Positions 35,190 to 49,700 of a stretch of 64,000 nt of DNA are shown here, in pieces. The notes beneath the pieces are model-generated. The model ran no database searches and was not told where the DNA came from. It saw only the letters and a list, made by a program, of their open reading frames with translations. Position numbers and translations under genes: made by a program. Numbering within the stretch: position 1 is the stretch's first letter; every line of letters begins with the position of its first letter. The stretch lies in assembly GCA_905178155.1 (NCBI GenBank), contig CAJINV010000005.1:5615469-5679468 (forward strand), in the 5' to 3' direction. The stretch is from Amoebophrya sp. A120. Its lineage: Eukaryota > Protista > Dinoflagellata.

Positions 35190-38100
35190 ATGGATTCCGC
35201 AGCCCCAACAAGGTCGAAGCGTTGGCTGCACAACCGGCGGCGTTGGGAGAAACTGCAAGAGAAACATGGCGGCCAGGCCGCGACGAAAGCCAAGATCAAT
35301 GGCAGGAACTCCGATAAGAAGCTGGGTAAGACGGAATTCCTGGGCAGTTTGAAATCCCACAACCAGTTCATAGAGAAAACAACAAGTAAAGGCAGAGGCA
35401 AGCATGGCGCCAGTAGTTCTCGTGGGACTGCTGGAGCTGCTGCTCGTGGTGCGAAGACTAAAAAATCGGGGAAAAAAATCGCTGTCAAGAAAAGCGCGGA
35501 CAAAAGAAGCAAGAAGGGAACCTCGTCTCCAGAACCAAAACCTCCCGCAGGTCAACCTCCTTCAGCCACTGTTGACGTCGTCGACCACACTTCCTTAGCC
35601 GACAAGAACTCCAAAGTGGCTACTGGCGCGACCACCAGCATGAAGAAATTATTGAAAAAGAAGAAAACGACTACGACTGCTGGTACGAAAGCCGCTACTG
35701 CGCCAGCACAAGAACAATCTGAAGGGGCGGGCGCAGTTCGTGTGGAGATCGGGTCTTCTTCACCTCCTTCCTCTAAACCTGATGCCGATCTTGCGGATGC
35801 CGACATCACCGACGTCGACTCAATAAAACCCCTGAACAATAAACGGGGCCGAAATAAAGCGAACAAAACCTCGGCGAAGGAAAAGCTGAAAAAACTGAAG
35901 GAGCAGCAAAAACCCGACGCTGTCCTCGACAGCCTGCGCGTGAAGAAGCAGCTGAATTTGACGAAAAAGGAAGAAACAAAAAACCGACGCAAGTGGCTGC
36001 GCGAGCTCGGTGTGGTTTCCGAGAAAGAGAAGCAGAAGCAGGAAACGGAGGATAAGATCATCACCAAAAAGGGACAATTTGTGATGGAGAATTCTCTGGT
36101 CGACCGGCTGCTGAGGAATGAGAAGAACAAATCTAATTCTGGTACAACTTTGATGGGTACTGGTAGTTCTCGTTTGTCGAAATTCGATAAGAAATTATTG
36201 CGGACGGGGCAGTTGTCCTGGCATGGGTACAGACGAGAAGAGAAGGTCATGGTGACGGAGAACGAGGGAGCGCTGAATAACGTTTTACTTCATGACAAAA
36301 ACCGTAAGAATGATCTTTCGCGCGACAACTACATCGTGCCAGAGTGGAAGTACGAGGAGGCGCTGCGGAGGAGTGGAAAGGCAGCCTCCAACTCTTACGA
36401 CGGTGCAGCAGCTGCATCAGCTTCCAATCATTCGCAACTGAAACACGCTGGCGCGAAGCTGCCAGACTGCCAAGATGAAAGTGAAGAATTCGTCGTGAAA
36501 AAGCAAATCGACGACAGCCTAGCTTTCCTCGGCTGGCGCAGAACTTGGAAGAGATTTTCCATGGTCGAGGGGATTTACCGTGGAAGGAAAAATCTCTGGA
36601 ACGACTTCGCGAGTTGCCAAACCACGGATTTAATCGTCGAGCAGAAGGGCGGGCTGAGCAGAAAGAGGTTAGTCAAGGACGGTATGGCGAGTGACGATGA
36701 GGAGAGTTCAGACGAGGAACATGATGGGAGAGTAAGATACGCCTCGGATTCTGAACGCGAAGCAATTGCACGATATGAACAGGGAGAGGCGGAAATAGAG
36801 GCCGAGTGGGAGGAGGCAAATACAAATGCCGTAGAAGCTGAAGAAGAGGAGGAAAGCGGCACAGCGAGCCCATACTGCGCGACCGCGGAAAGCAGCTCTG
36901 AAAAGGGCGAGGAACTCGCACATGAGGGCAGCTTGCAGGAGGAGGAGAAGCTTTCGCCGCCTGAGGGGGTTCTTCTACCAGAGGACCCCTCTCCTGAGGA
37001 TGAGGAAGCCGACCACGCGAACGTCGAAAAAGAACCTTCCAGCGAAAGCGGCAACTCCGAAGAATTATTTTCGAAAAATAAGCTTACCAAGCCCGTTCGT
37101 TACAAATTCGATTTCTACGGACCATTTTTCGGCTTCAACTACTACATCGGTTTCGACGACGGCCCGACAAGTGCAAGTGAATTGGACGTCGGACCCACGC
37201 CTCTTGCGCTCTACCAACTGAACAAAGCCGCGATCAAGCTCTTTGATAGGATGGAACCAAGCGACCGCAACTACCTGGAGAGCGAAGAGCGGGGGCGGAA
37301 GCCCAATGTGAAAAGCTTCGAGGAGACGCTCCAAAGGACGAAGCTGTGCTTGCGGGCGCTGGTGAAGGAAGCGGTTTTTTCCTCCTGTTCCAATCTGACT
37401 TACAGCAAACTTGCAAGAAACTACCTGTTCGAAGAGCAGGAAGAGGACAACATTAGAGACAGACCGAGGAGAATACGGCAACTCTTCGAGGAAAACAAGC
37501 TCCCAAAGACGCCTCTCCACCCCTTCTTGAAACGCGCGGTGGAGGTGGTGTTCTTTAGCAGTGTGAAGTTTCTGCCTCCGTCCTTGCCCGATTCGATGAT
37601 CACGAAGTTGTTCGAAATCGTGAGTAAAACGGACCGACTGTGTACCTTCGAGTTCAAATTGACCAAGTTCTCATCTCTGACGTCGGAGAAAAAGAAGAAA
37701 ACCCAAACCCCACTGAACCAGCTGACCGACGAAGATATTTTGGCCGAATTTTCCTCTGCCGTGGAGACAGAAAAGGAATTGTGGGCCAGCTTCAATCGGG
37801 ACGAAGGAGATGAATTCGGGAGGTACAGAAACTTTCCCTCTTGTACATCAGAGCGGGCTTTGCGATGGCGCAGTTATCACTGGATAACGGTCGTCTTATC
37901 GACGTCCCTGCAGCGGGCGTTGTTGCAAGTGCTGGAGCACACTCTCGCGGGGCGCCATGTGAGGGTGGTCCGTAGACTCCCGGACGGGAGGGAGAAAGTT
38001 GTTTTCCAAACTACAAAGTGGTATGAAACAGTGTTGAAAAAGTTTCGGAAAGCAGCCGAAGAGCGGAGAAGAGAGATCGAGTGCGGGTCGTTGTTGTTCG

Positions 38101-39538
38101 ACGACGACAAAGAACTACATACCTCAGCAGTTCCATATCAAATGCAAATATGTCTGGGTCTGGAAAAGTGCCAGGTTTGTGATGCATATTTTCAATGACC
38201 CATGATGTCTGTGATGCTTGCCGTAGCATCACAGCTTCTGCGACGGCTTTCTGATGCTCATACCGCATGAGAAATGCCCTCTCCGCGTAGCAAAAACTGG
38301 AGCTCTTTTGCTGTTCATGCAATACAGATTTTACGTAGAGTCCCAAGATAGCATCACAAGTTGCATTCTTCCAGACCCAGACATTTTTGCACTCCATATT
38401 CCATCTTTGGAAACAACCCAGGTCGAGATCCGGATCAACGGAAAGAAGCAGAAAAAATCTTCCAAAGCCAAGCAGCAGACCGAGAAGCAAAAAGACCTCC
38501 TCCACCACCACAGCCGAGTGTTATTGAGGCAGTTGCTCCGGAAAGGACCGTATGGGGAGATGCAGAAGTACGATCGGAAGGAAGATGAAATCGATTTTCC
38601 CTGGTTCCTCGCGGCCGGAACACAGTATGAAAAAGAAACACCCGAGCCGGCGGTGAACTACTACTTCAGAGACTCTCTTTATCGCAAGAAAAAACTGTTT
38701 CACTGTGACTGTGAACTTGTGATGCATAGAATGGAGCACAGAACGATTTGTCTTGCTACACCTGCAAGACATTGGATTTTTACTTTTAGGCGTGTCTTTT
38801 TTTTGGAAGCGCGCATGGCAAATTTTATGTGTCATGTGTAACAAACTTGTGATGCAGATCTTGCAAAGCCATCACAGTGAAGCAGTTTTTTCCCTTGATA
38901 CTCTTCGCGAAGAGTGTGAATACTGGAAGGAGCGGCCGGACTATGGTGCAAATCGCGATACTAAGATCGAGTTTCTGGAGGGAGATTTGGTGGATTGCAT
39001 GGAGAGACAGGTAGAGAACTGGGAAGGGGAAAAGAAAAAGAGAGAAGAAGCGAAATTGGCGAAGGAAAACAGCGAGTGGGATAACGTGTACTACGAGGAA
39101 GGAGAGGACGCAGCCGCAAATGAGGAAGAACATGAAGTAGACGCAGACAACTCTACTTCCTGGTGGTCATCGTGGAACCAAGCCGGCAACACAAACACGA
39201 CTGCTACTGGAGAGTGGCGTGACAAGATGAACACCTACGGAGATAATTGGTGGTCGAGCTCCTCCGGTACAACTGCTTCCACCTGGATGAACTACAGGAA
39301 GACCACGACATCGTCCGGCTTGTCGGAGGATAAAAAGACTCGGAGCGACCCGAAAGGAGCCTCTCTGTCCGCATCCTTTTCGGGGAACAAGAAATTGAGG
39401 CCGATAACGACTTCCAAAAAGCGGTTGCAGGACTTGGAGGACCACGAGCTGAAAAAAATCAAGTGGGAAGTTCCGATGAACAAGGGGAAATCTTCTGCTG
39501 GTAAAGACGAGGATGAGGGGGACGATTTCTTCGAGTAA
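35190..39538 (+). CDS. Hypothetical ~1300-aa Lys/Glu-rich protein; 2 introners
   Basis: The 1002-aa ORF joins in frame with ORFs 38254 and 38753 after removal of the elements at 38136 and 38680; no family recognised. Confidence 0.8.
38136..38398. mobile_element. Introner family B
   Basis: TIR; TTCCA/TTCCA. Confidence 0.92.
38680..38900. mobile_element. Introner family I
   Basis: tatcgcaagaaaaaactgtttcac TIR; CTCTT/CTCTT. Confidence 0.9.
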
Positions 39539-40751
39539 GTAGTTCTTTCCCACACATCAACTTCTCGTGCTGCCGCTGGAGTGGAAATCTTCCGCGCGCA
39601 CGCTTCAAGCACAAACTCGCATTCTATTGCAACTCGCGACACGAATCTTTCGATATCTGGTGAAAAAGCTGCGCGCTCCTTACGACCGCCGGAGGACGAG
39701 TCCCTAAGGGTGCGGACTCGGATGGGGGGCATGTTCTAGTACTTCTAGAGGCCCCATGTTCATGAAAAATGTTGTGGTTGTCTTGATTTCTCGGTTTGAC
39801 ATTGATTAGTGTCTTCAGATGAATCAAGAAATTTTTGTGTGAGAGCTGCTCTTCATCGGTTCTTTGTGGTCGATCTGAGACAGGACTGCAGATGAAAGGG
39901 AGATGTTGAGAGATGTGGAGCCTGCGTAGTAGATCATGTCAACATCTTCAAGTTCTTCTTCTTGTTTATCAAGGACGAGATTCGTGGTTGTCTTGTTTTG
40001 AAATAATTAGCAGCACTAGAAGTAGTCCGTGGCATCACCACGTCTATGCTTAAGAACCGTAGGAGATCTACTTGAAACTACGCTGACTTCGAAAACTAGG
40101 TTGATGCTCAATGAAATACCGATAGAAGCAAAGGCGCTTTACCGCCTTTGCTTGATGCCTGCCCCACCCTGGTCCTGTCGTTGCAACATGCAAGTTTACT
40201 TATTGCGAGATCCGCGTAGAAATAATGATCTCTGGCGGGCATCTATTTGAAGTCGGGCTTGCCCTTCTTAAGTTGATTCTTGTACTAGAAACGAGAGCTC
40301 GTTGCTGATCATGATATCTTAGGCCACGACCTAGTTGTAGTCTCGCCTGCACCTCACCTCCGTCCCGCCCCACTAGGATTTTATTTCCTTCCATCTTGCC
40401 ACAGATTCATATTCAGCCCACGACACTGATTTTATTCTTGAACTTGTGTAGCTGTAGGATACCCTAACACGACGACCCTCTCTCCTCTCCTGAAGCTTGA
40501 GAGCTCTGTCTTGACTTTTGATAAATGTAGATGTGACAACCTCAACCGTGAAGCTAATGTTGTTGAGCAGAATTTCCGCCTGTTGAGGTGGACCCTCCCG
40601 AAAAGGAAGATCCTTGCCAGCAGCAAAGGGTTTAAGGCTCTTTTCGTTTTCAAGCTACGCGCCCGGGCTTTTTCGCTTTCGATTCTGATAAGAGGTACTA
40701 CTAGACACTAGCTACAACCGAAAGAAATAGAACGCAAAAAACCACGCAAAG

Positions 40752-43700
40752 ATGGCCGGTGGAGGAGGTAGCAGTAGCCCCTCAAGCGGCAAAGCCGGAG
40801 CGCAGCAGCCGCCAGTAGCCCACGGCAACGGGAAGACGAGCAGCCCCTCCGGAGGTGGATCGGGGAAAGGCAGCAAAGGAAACGGCAGCGAAGCGGTTTT
40901 TCCACCACCCCGCCCGAGCCACAGCGAGGAGAGCAAGGGTAGCAGCGAGGGCCGCGCTAGCAATAGTTTAAGCGAGTCGGTGCTGATGGAATTCAAAGGA
41001 AAATTTGGCAAGGACAAGGACGGAAAGGGAAAAGGAAAGGATTTTGACATGTTAAAGCAGTTGATCTTCATGAAAGGGAAGCAAAAAGGTAAGGATAAGG
41101 AAGGAAAAGGAAAAGGAATGTTGAACAAAGGAGAACAAGATCATGTAGAAGCCCAAGCCGAGCGTGAGCCTCCTGAGCCCCAGAATAAGGAACAACACGC
41201 CGCACCGGAAAGTCCTGCGTCCGGCGGAGGTACTAAAGGCGGGAAGCAGAAGGGAAAATTTGGGAATAAAGGCAAAGATGGAAACGAAGACTGGTCTGAC
41301 AGTGAGGAGAGCCAAAGCGGCAAAGGCAAAGGCTTTGTGAAAGGAGGCAGAAATAAAGATCCTTTCGCCGGTAAGGGAGAAGTTCATGTGCCCGCCCACG
41401 GGATGAAAGGGCCACCAGACCATCCCGAACTAGAAGCACAGGGCAATAAAGGCGCGTCGTCTTCTTCTGCATCCTCTTCCAGCGGCGGCCTACCTGCTCC
41501 GCTGTCCAGCGAGGACGGAGATGTTGAAGAGGAGAAAAGCGAGCGTTTGCTTCCCCGCGAGAGCAGTGGTGACGAAAAGCAACCTGCGCCGAAAGCCAAA
41601 AAGAAGAAAAAAGAGAAAAAGAAAAAGCGAGGTAACGGACGTGATCGTGAACCCGGGGGCGAAAAGAGGAAGGATATTCATGACGAGGAACCATCTTCAA
41701 AGCGCAGAAAACACGACCATCAACAACATGGCGAAAAAGAGAATTATTACAACAACAATAAAGGGAGCGGTAAATTTGTACACCACGATCAATACGGAGA
41801 CCACTACAACAGCATCAGTAATAAAGGGACCACCAACGGAAATAAAGGTTACAACCCGGCAGGAACTTCTTCTACAAATAAGGGCAAAGGAAAAAATTCC
41901 TCTCTTGCGGCCATTCCCTGGACCTACACCTGGCTGAAACAAAGTTCCGGGCAGAAGCGGTACCAGGCCTATTGCCGGTTTTGGTACGGGGAGATCAATC
42001 AGGACTTGCTGCACTGGAAGTCGAAAGCAATCACCTGGTATTTGGAGAATTTAATCACCGGGGAAAACACGAGTCTGACCGCAAAGCAGAAACTCCTTTT
42101 CAATTCGATCCAGTACGACGCGAAACAGGGGTCGGATTTCCAAAGGCTCGAGCAGATGGGGGATTCGGAGTGGTACAGCACCTGCATGCACAGAATGCAC
42201 CGGTTCATGCCAGCGACTTCCGAGGGGGATTTCACCAATTTCTCCCAGTCCAGCGGTATGGTGCGGAAGCAGGGGGTGAAGCAAATGGAGTCGAATGTCA
42301 TCATGATATGCAACACAAATAATTTCCCGTACATTTACAAAATGCATCACAAGTTGAAACTTCGCTAAGAGTAAGAACGCGGGGTTGCGTCAAACTACTT
42401 GTCATGCTGACCACGATTGAAGGCAAGTTTTGTCATGCAGAAACAGCATTTGCTTTTGTACGCGTACGGAAAATTATTTACAATGGATACATGGCACTGT
42501 GCTTCTACAAGATGTGTCTCGGGGAACTGTTTGCGAAGAATTTGATCAAGTGCAGCATATCCTGCGCAAAAGTATCGCACCTGTAGTATTAATTGCGTTT
42601 CTGCATTACAAATCTCTTTCTCAAGGTAAATCAGCACTACAAATTCAATTTGTAATGCCGGCTAATTTGTAATGCGATGTAAACTAGTACGATGCTTTTG
42701 CACAGCATATAGCAACATGGACACGAAGTCGAACGCCCAACTGCAAACCGCATTGTCGAAGTGTGAGAATTTTTGGCTTCATTGGGACAAAACCCACCTA
42801 AGATTCGGGGAAGGCTGGTGGAAGGCGAGGCAAAATGTCGTTTCTCGACGAGATTTCGAGGAATTTATGGACGACGAGACGAATTTTATCGACGAGAAGC
42901 CAGACGATAACGAGCGGAGGAAAGTGGGGAACAACGGCTCATACGCACCCTACAACTTCACCGTGCAGCACGATCCGGATTTCGAGCGGCACATTTTTGG
43001 CAATTTCAAGGTGATCGAAAAGCAGGGCAAGAAACGCAGACGAGACGACGGCAGCACGGAAAACGCGGAGAGAGAAAGTCTCCCCTACCCGCTATGGATT
43101 GCAAAAATGTGTGGGTCTGGAAGATTATGAGACTTGTCATGCACCTTTTGCATGAGCCATGATGTCTGTGATGCATGCCGTAGCATCACAGATCTTTTCA
43201 GGGGTTCTTCATGCCTATTCCGCATGAAACATGCCCTCTCCGCGTAGCAAAGATCACACTTCCTTTGCTGCTCATGCAATACAAATTTTTTTGGAATCCA
43301 AACGCAGCATCACAAGTTCCATCCTCCCAGACCCAGACACTTTTGCATTCCATACCCACCAAGGGTCAACGACGAACTGGAGTTCCGTGAGACCACTAAC
43401 CCAAAGTCCTGGCACGTCTTATGAACTACAAAAGTATCGACGTACTCGTATAAATGCATTACAAATTTTCTCAGCATGAGAAATAAAATTTGTAATGCTG
43501 ATTTGCTTTGACAAAAAAATTTGTAATGCAAGACCTGCATTTATACGAGTGCGATACTTTTGCACAGCATACGTCTTCTACCTGGGCCGCGATTTAGATG
43601 ACAACCCCTACTGGCTCAGCAACCTCGAGGCGAGTCTCCAAATGCGGAGCCAGCTGGTGCGCACGGACGTGAAGATTCCGGCCCGGATATCCTGAGCAAT

Positions 43701-46700
43701 TAACACGTCCCTACCCCAGAGTCAAGTAGATGGGTAGTACTCCGCTAGATGACAAATCAGCCAGCTTTGATGGTTGCGCATGACAGGTTTGCTGGCCTCG
43801 TAGAAGCGTGATCCTGTTTACTAGCGTGCTCAGAAGCATCACAGATCCAGCGCATCGTGCTGATCGTAGCATCACAAATTTCGCAACGCGACTAGAGAAC
43901 GTTTTGCATGGGGCTCCGCATGAGAAACTTTTTTGGCATGCAGATTTGCATGACACTTCTGGGGTGGAGGGTGCGTTTTTTACATAGGATACCGGACTCC
44001 AGCGAAGGTCGTTGCCGTCCGGAAGGTATCAACTGCAAATATGTCTGAGTCTGGAAGTCTGTCATGCACATTTTGCATCACCGGTGATGTCTGTGATGCA
44101 TGCCATGTCTGTGATGCATGCCCAAGCATGATCACAGCTATTTTCTGACGGCTTTCATCTGATGCCCATACTGTATGAGAAACGCCCCCGCCTCCGTGTA
44201 GCAAGAAATACATCTCTATTGCCAATACAGATTTGTTTACGAATCAGAACACAGCATTACAAGTTAAGTACATCCTTCCAGACCCAGACTACATATTTGC
44301 ACTTGATAGAAAGACCAAGTAGCGGATTCCGATCTCGCACCCGGCGGGCCGGTGGAAATCGACATTGCGTTCAGTGTGAAAAACCTCGCCGGTATCTACA
44401 GTAAGCTTATTCGTCGTCCCGTGCAGAATGTACAGATGCTGTTTCTGCATGACAAAACTTGCCGGCAATGTTAGTCAGCATGACAAGGTGGGGATGTTGA
44501 CTCTAAGTTAGCGAAATTTTTTGTCATGCATTTTGTACACGTACTATCACGGGGATAAATTTGTATTGCATATCTGAAGTGGAAATTACCGGCGCGGAAT
44601 TGCAGCAAAGGAGAAGCAGCGAAGAGTTCGAGGCTTGGAGAAAGAGAAACAGGAATCTTCCCGAGCCGGAGCCGTTACGAGTCCCGGGCTCTTTCGACGC
44701 GCAAAACGCGAGCTCCGCGAAAAACCGGCATTTGACCTACACGCAGCCGGAGTTTTTATGCATTGCAAATATCCCTGGATGTCTGGAAGGTTGCAACTTG
44801 TGATGCTGTCTCTTCATTCTAGAAAAATCTGTATTGCATGAACAGCAAGAGGGGCCCAGTTTGTGCTGCTTGGAGATGGTATTTCTCATGCGGAAGAGGC
44901 ATCAGGGAAGCTTCGAAAAATCTGTGATGCTAGGTTATGCATATACCTGCTATGCATTACAGGCGTCATGGGTCATGCAAAATCTGCACGACAAGTCCTG
45001 CATTTCCAGGCCCAGCCATATTTGCATTTCATAATTTTTGCACGTGAGCAACACCGTCCGGTACGGCCAGGCTGGCGGAAAAAGCGAAATCAAGAAAACA
45101 GTCACCTTTGAATTCTCTTCGGAGCGAGAATTTCGGGAAATTTTCGAGCCGCCGCGGACGCGCGTGCGCCAACACTTGGACAAACGCGACTTGAAGATCA
45201 TCGCGGATTTCGGCGAGGCGATTTTCGGCGAGTTGCAGGCGTTGAAGCGGAAACAGGATGAGTTGTCGAAGGCGAATTTCCAAACTTTGGAAGCCGACAA
45301 GACGAAACGGGCGGAATACGACAAACTAACCGCGGCGCATTTGAAAGAGCACAACTTCAGCAAGTTTGTCGATTACGCCCGACAGGACGAGGTTGCGGAG
45401 GCACTGTACAAAAATTACGTTCGCTTCCTCTCGGGGCAGGACGAAGAAAGGCAGGAGAAGGCTGCGGAGAAGCAAAAGTTCGTTTCGGCCACACCACCGT
45501 CCGGCGGTGTTGAGCAGTCTAGTCCCAAAACGAGCTCCGCTGAGGAGAGCAAAGTGGAAGGAGGAATCATACAGCACAAGGCTTGCTTGATGCGGGGTGT
45601 TCTAGTGGAGGCCGGAAAGGAGGATAACGACTTGGGTATGACCAAGTCCAACTGGATCAGACTGTGGAAAAACCACTGGGAGCTGAAGACCGCGACAACC
45701 AGCAAGACGATCTCCACCACCGCGTTGAGGAAATCAATCGGGGGAGGGTTAGTACCCGGAATACAGGATGGTACGAAGTCGGGCGGTGTAGTAATCCGGG
45801 GGAACAAGCCGGAACTACACCAGGAAGACATTAGTGGCCCGGCCGAGATCGCCCGACTGATTGGTTGGGCGGACTACTGTCTGAACTTTTCCGACTTCAC
45901 GAAAGAGATCCGCCGGCAGGTGCAGAAGGACGCGGCCTACCTGCAGAACACTATGGAAGCGTCAGGTTTGAAATCGACAAAGTTGAAATGATTTGCCATG
46001 CATAAAATGGATACCAGTCGGATACCCAATTTTCAAGCGGCGCATGACAAATTTTCCGAGCGCCGGAATTCAATTTGTCATGCTGCTCGGGCACAGAAGA
46101 CTGCTTTTGTCATGCTCCTTTAGCAGCTCTACTTCAAACCCCAAACAGGCTGACACGCGGCCTCCCTTGCCATCCCGGCAAGACAGGCACTTCATGCCTT
46201 GCATTTTATGCATGGCAAATCATTTCAACTTTGACGATTCCAAACCTGACGCTTCCATAAACACGCACAAGAAGATCAAGGAAAGGGCGCAGCATATCCA
46301 CAGTACATTTTCCGTACACGTACAAATGCGGTCTCCGCATGACAAAACTTGGCTTCGATCCTAGTTTAGCATGACAAGTTTAACGCTCCACATTGGTGAA
46401 ATTTGTGATGCATCTTGTACATGTACGGAAAATTTGTATTGCATATAGCAGTTGGCGACGACATTGACCGAGCTGATCGACGCGATGGCGGACTGGTGCA
46501 TTCTGAAGACCTTGGAACTGCAGAAAACGAAACTCTTTGACGATTTCATGCAGGCCCGGCACTTAAAATCGACCGACGATTTCCGGTTATTATGAACTGC
46601 AAAAGCATCGCGCAATTAGAAATTGCATGACAAATTTTTGATATTGACTTATCATTACAAATTCAATTTGTAATGCGGATTTGCCTGAAGTAGAAGTAGA

Positions 46701-49700
46701 AAATTTCTAAATGCATAAAACGCAATTAGTACGAGTGCGATACTTTTGCATTGCATAGCTATTCGACAAAGCCGATTGGAAGAAAGAGCAGAAGCAGTCG
46801 GAAAAGCTGATGGGGGTCGAGGCGAACTTCCAGACCGAGGATTTCTTGGTGAACCTGTTGACGAAAAAAACGCTGGAGTTGAAGCGATTTGAGGAACGGA
46901 AAATGATGAGCAGCGGTGGAGGGGATCCGAAAGATAAACTAGCGATCGGCTCTGCCGACGGGGGTACTTCTAAAAATCTCGATGTTGACATCAAGAAAAA
47001 AAAGAGCCTTGCTTTGGCCATTGCCACGCAGCAAAAAGTAGTACCAACAGCGGCGGAAAGGTTTAAGCAGGTATCAAATGTAAAAATGTCTGGGTCTGGA
47101 AGAACTCATGTTTGTCATGCTTGTCTGGCATAACTCTTAAATCTGTCATGCACGTTACCCAAGAGCTCCGCTTTTCTGTGATGCAGAAGCGCAGTTTGTC
47201 ATGCGGAATAGGCAACACCTAGGAGCTCAGAAACTTGTCATGCTGAGCCAGCATCTGTAGCCTCATTATGAGACGCCACCCAGCATCACAAGTTTCCAGA
47301 CCCAGACACTTTTACATTTGATAGCAGGCGAAGAAGTTGCACTTGTTGAAAGGTTATGGAGCGCAAATATGTCTGGGTCCTCTGGAACTGGATGGGTCCA
47401 GATATTTGCCATACTGTTCTTGCATGATCTAGGAGATCTGGCATGTAAGCCATAGCATCACACGTCTTGGGAAGCTGTCCCCATGCCTAATCCGCATGAC
47501 AAATGCCCAGTTTTGATGGTGCTGAGTTTTGGGCCGCATTTGCTGTTCATGCATCACAGATCTTTGCGTTGTGTGAAATTTGCATCACAAGTTGCAACCT
47601 TCCAGACCCAGATATTTTTGCACTTGATAAAGGTCAGATTCTCTTTCGACAGGACCAGGACGCGTTTGAAGTTTTCGAGCAAAAGTGGAAGGAAGCGAAG
47701 GAGAAAGTCGAGGATAAGGATTTTTATTTTGGAATCTCGAAACCAACCGAGGGCCAAGTGCAGCAGCATCGGATTACGAATTTTGTGAACGAGAAGCTGC
47801 GGGATCTGTCGATCAAAATCGACACGAAGATGCGTGATAAAGCGTTCGGAATAAAGATGAACACTGGAGCAGGAGGTGCGGCAACTTCTACAAACTTGAA
47901 CAAGAACCTCGCGATTGCGCAGTTCCTCCAAACGGGTGTAAAGACGGTGAATAAGCAAGATATGGACAGTTTTAAGGGCTTGTCCGAGGAAGAGCGAGCC
48001 GTGGTTTGGCTGGACCGGGAAATCAACTACGCGGTCCGGATATGAAATGCAAATATGTCTGGGTCTGGAAACTTGGAACTTGTGATGCTAACTGTGGATT
48101 CTAAAAAAAATCTGTATTGCATGACCAGCAAGAGGAGTCCAGTTTGTGCTACGCGGGGAGGCCATTTGATTGTGATGCGGAATTATAGGCATCAAGACGT
48201 AGTCGGAATAAAATCTGTGATGCTACTACCTAGGGAATACATCACAGACGTCACGGGTCATGTAAAATCTGCATGACAACAAGTTGCAACCTTCCAGACC
48301 CAGACATACTTGCATTTGATGCCAGAAACTGAAGGAGGGAACAAGCAAGACATCTTCTTCACTTAGCTCCAAAACCGCCGCGGAAAACAAGAAGAAATTG
48401 TTGCAGAACAGCCAGAACAAGATTGCGTTTGCAAACTCGAAAGACACAGACGGCGGGAGTGCGAATGTAAGGAAACTGCACTTAACTTCGTTCTTCAAAA
48501 CTTTCGGAGACGAATTTGAAGAGGCCCGGGACTGCGCGCTCTTGGCGTCTGTGTTGCCGAATTATAATTCCAAGCCTACTTCGACCTCCGCGAAAAGCCC
48601 AGGACCACAGTCCTCGGGAGTGCTTGATGTTCTCGGGAAGAGCAAATCTTCCCTGTACATCCAAGAGATGAAGAACGTCACAAGGAAAAAGATTGACGCG
48701 CGGAATTTCAAATACGACGTGGATTTCCGACAAGAGGTAGCGGGGAGGTTAAAACGGATGCTGGAGGATGTAGGAAGAAACGAGAAACAAGGAGAACCGG
48801 CACAACTAGCCCTACAGGACACCTCCAATGACCGACAACAAGAAGTGCTCTCCTACGACGAAGTTTTCGATCCCTCAACTCCAAGCGTTAAAAACCCGAA
48901 CGAAAGTGGTTCTCTTGCAAACAAAAGGAAAAGTGGAGCGGTCGATCGTTTTTTCGGCACGACCGGCGACATGAAAAAGCCACTTGCTGGAAGTAGCACG
49001 AAGAATGATGCCTCGACAAATATAAATAAACCTTTCTTCATTCTGGAAACGGAGCCTTGCGGAGCTTGTGACTTCCTCACGACGAGTTGTACTTCTAGCA
49101 GTGACGTAGTTTCTACTACAATTCGGCAGAAAGAGCTGGACCTCGTGGACGAGTTTTTGCCCTTTACAGGCGCCTGGTGCAAGAAAATCGATGTCGTCTC
49201 GTCGGCTTCATCTTCTGGCGGCGGGGGACCGACGTCAACACCGCAGCCGAACCAACAAGCCGACCCCGACTTAGAGCAGGAGATTCAGGAAATCGAGAAA
49301 AAAATCCAGGAAATCCTATGCATTGCAAAAGTATCGTATTCGTAGAAATGCATTACAAATTTTCTCGACATGAGAAATAAAATTTGTAATGCGGATTCAC
49401 CTTAAGGAAAAGAATTGTAGTGCATGGCTGCAATTTTTACTACGAGTGCGATACTTTTGCACAGGATAAATCCAGAAGCACTACAACGAGGTAAAAAACG
49501 GCGCGAAAAATCTCGGACGGAGCGATGCGAGTATGCAATACTAATTTCGTCCCGCTGCACATGTACAAGATGCATGACAAACTGCGCGAACTTGAAGCGA
49601 CGTCCAACTTGTCATGCTGACAATGATTGAAAGCAAGTTTTGTCATGCAGAAACAGCACTTGGATTTGTGCGAACGTCGTCGTGTGTGGGAAATTTACAG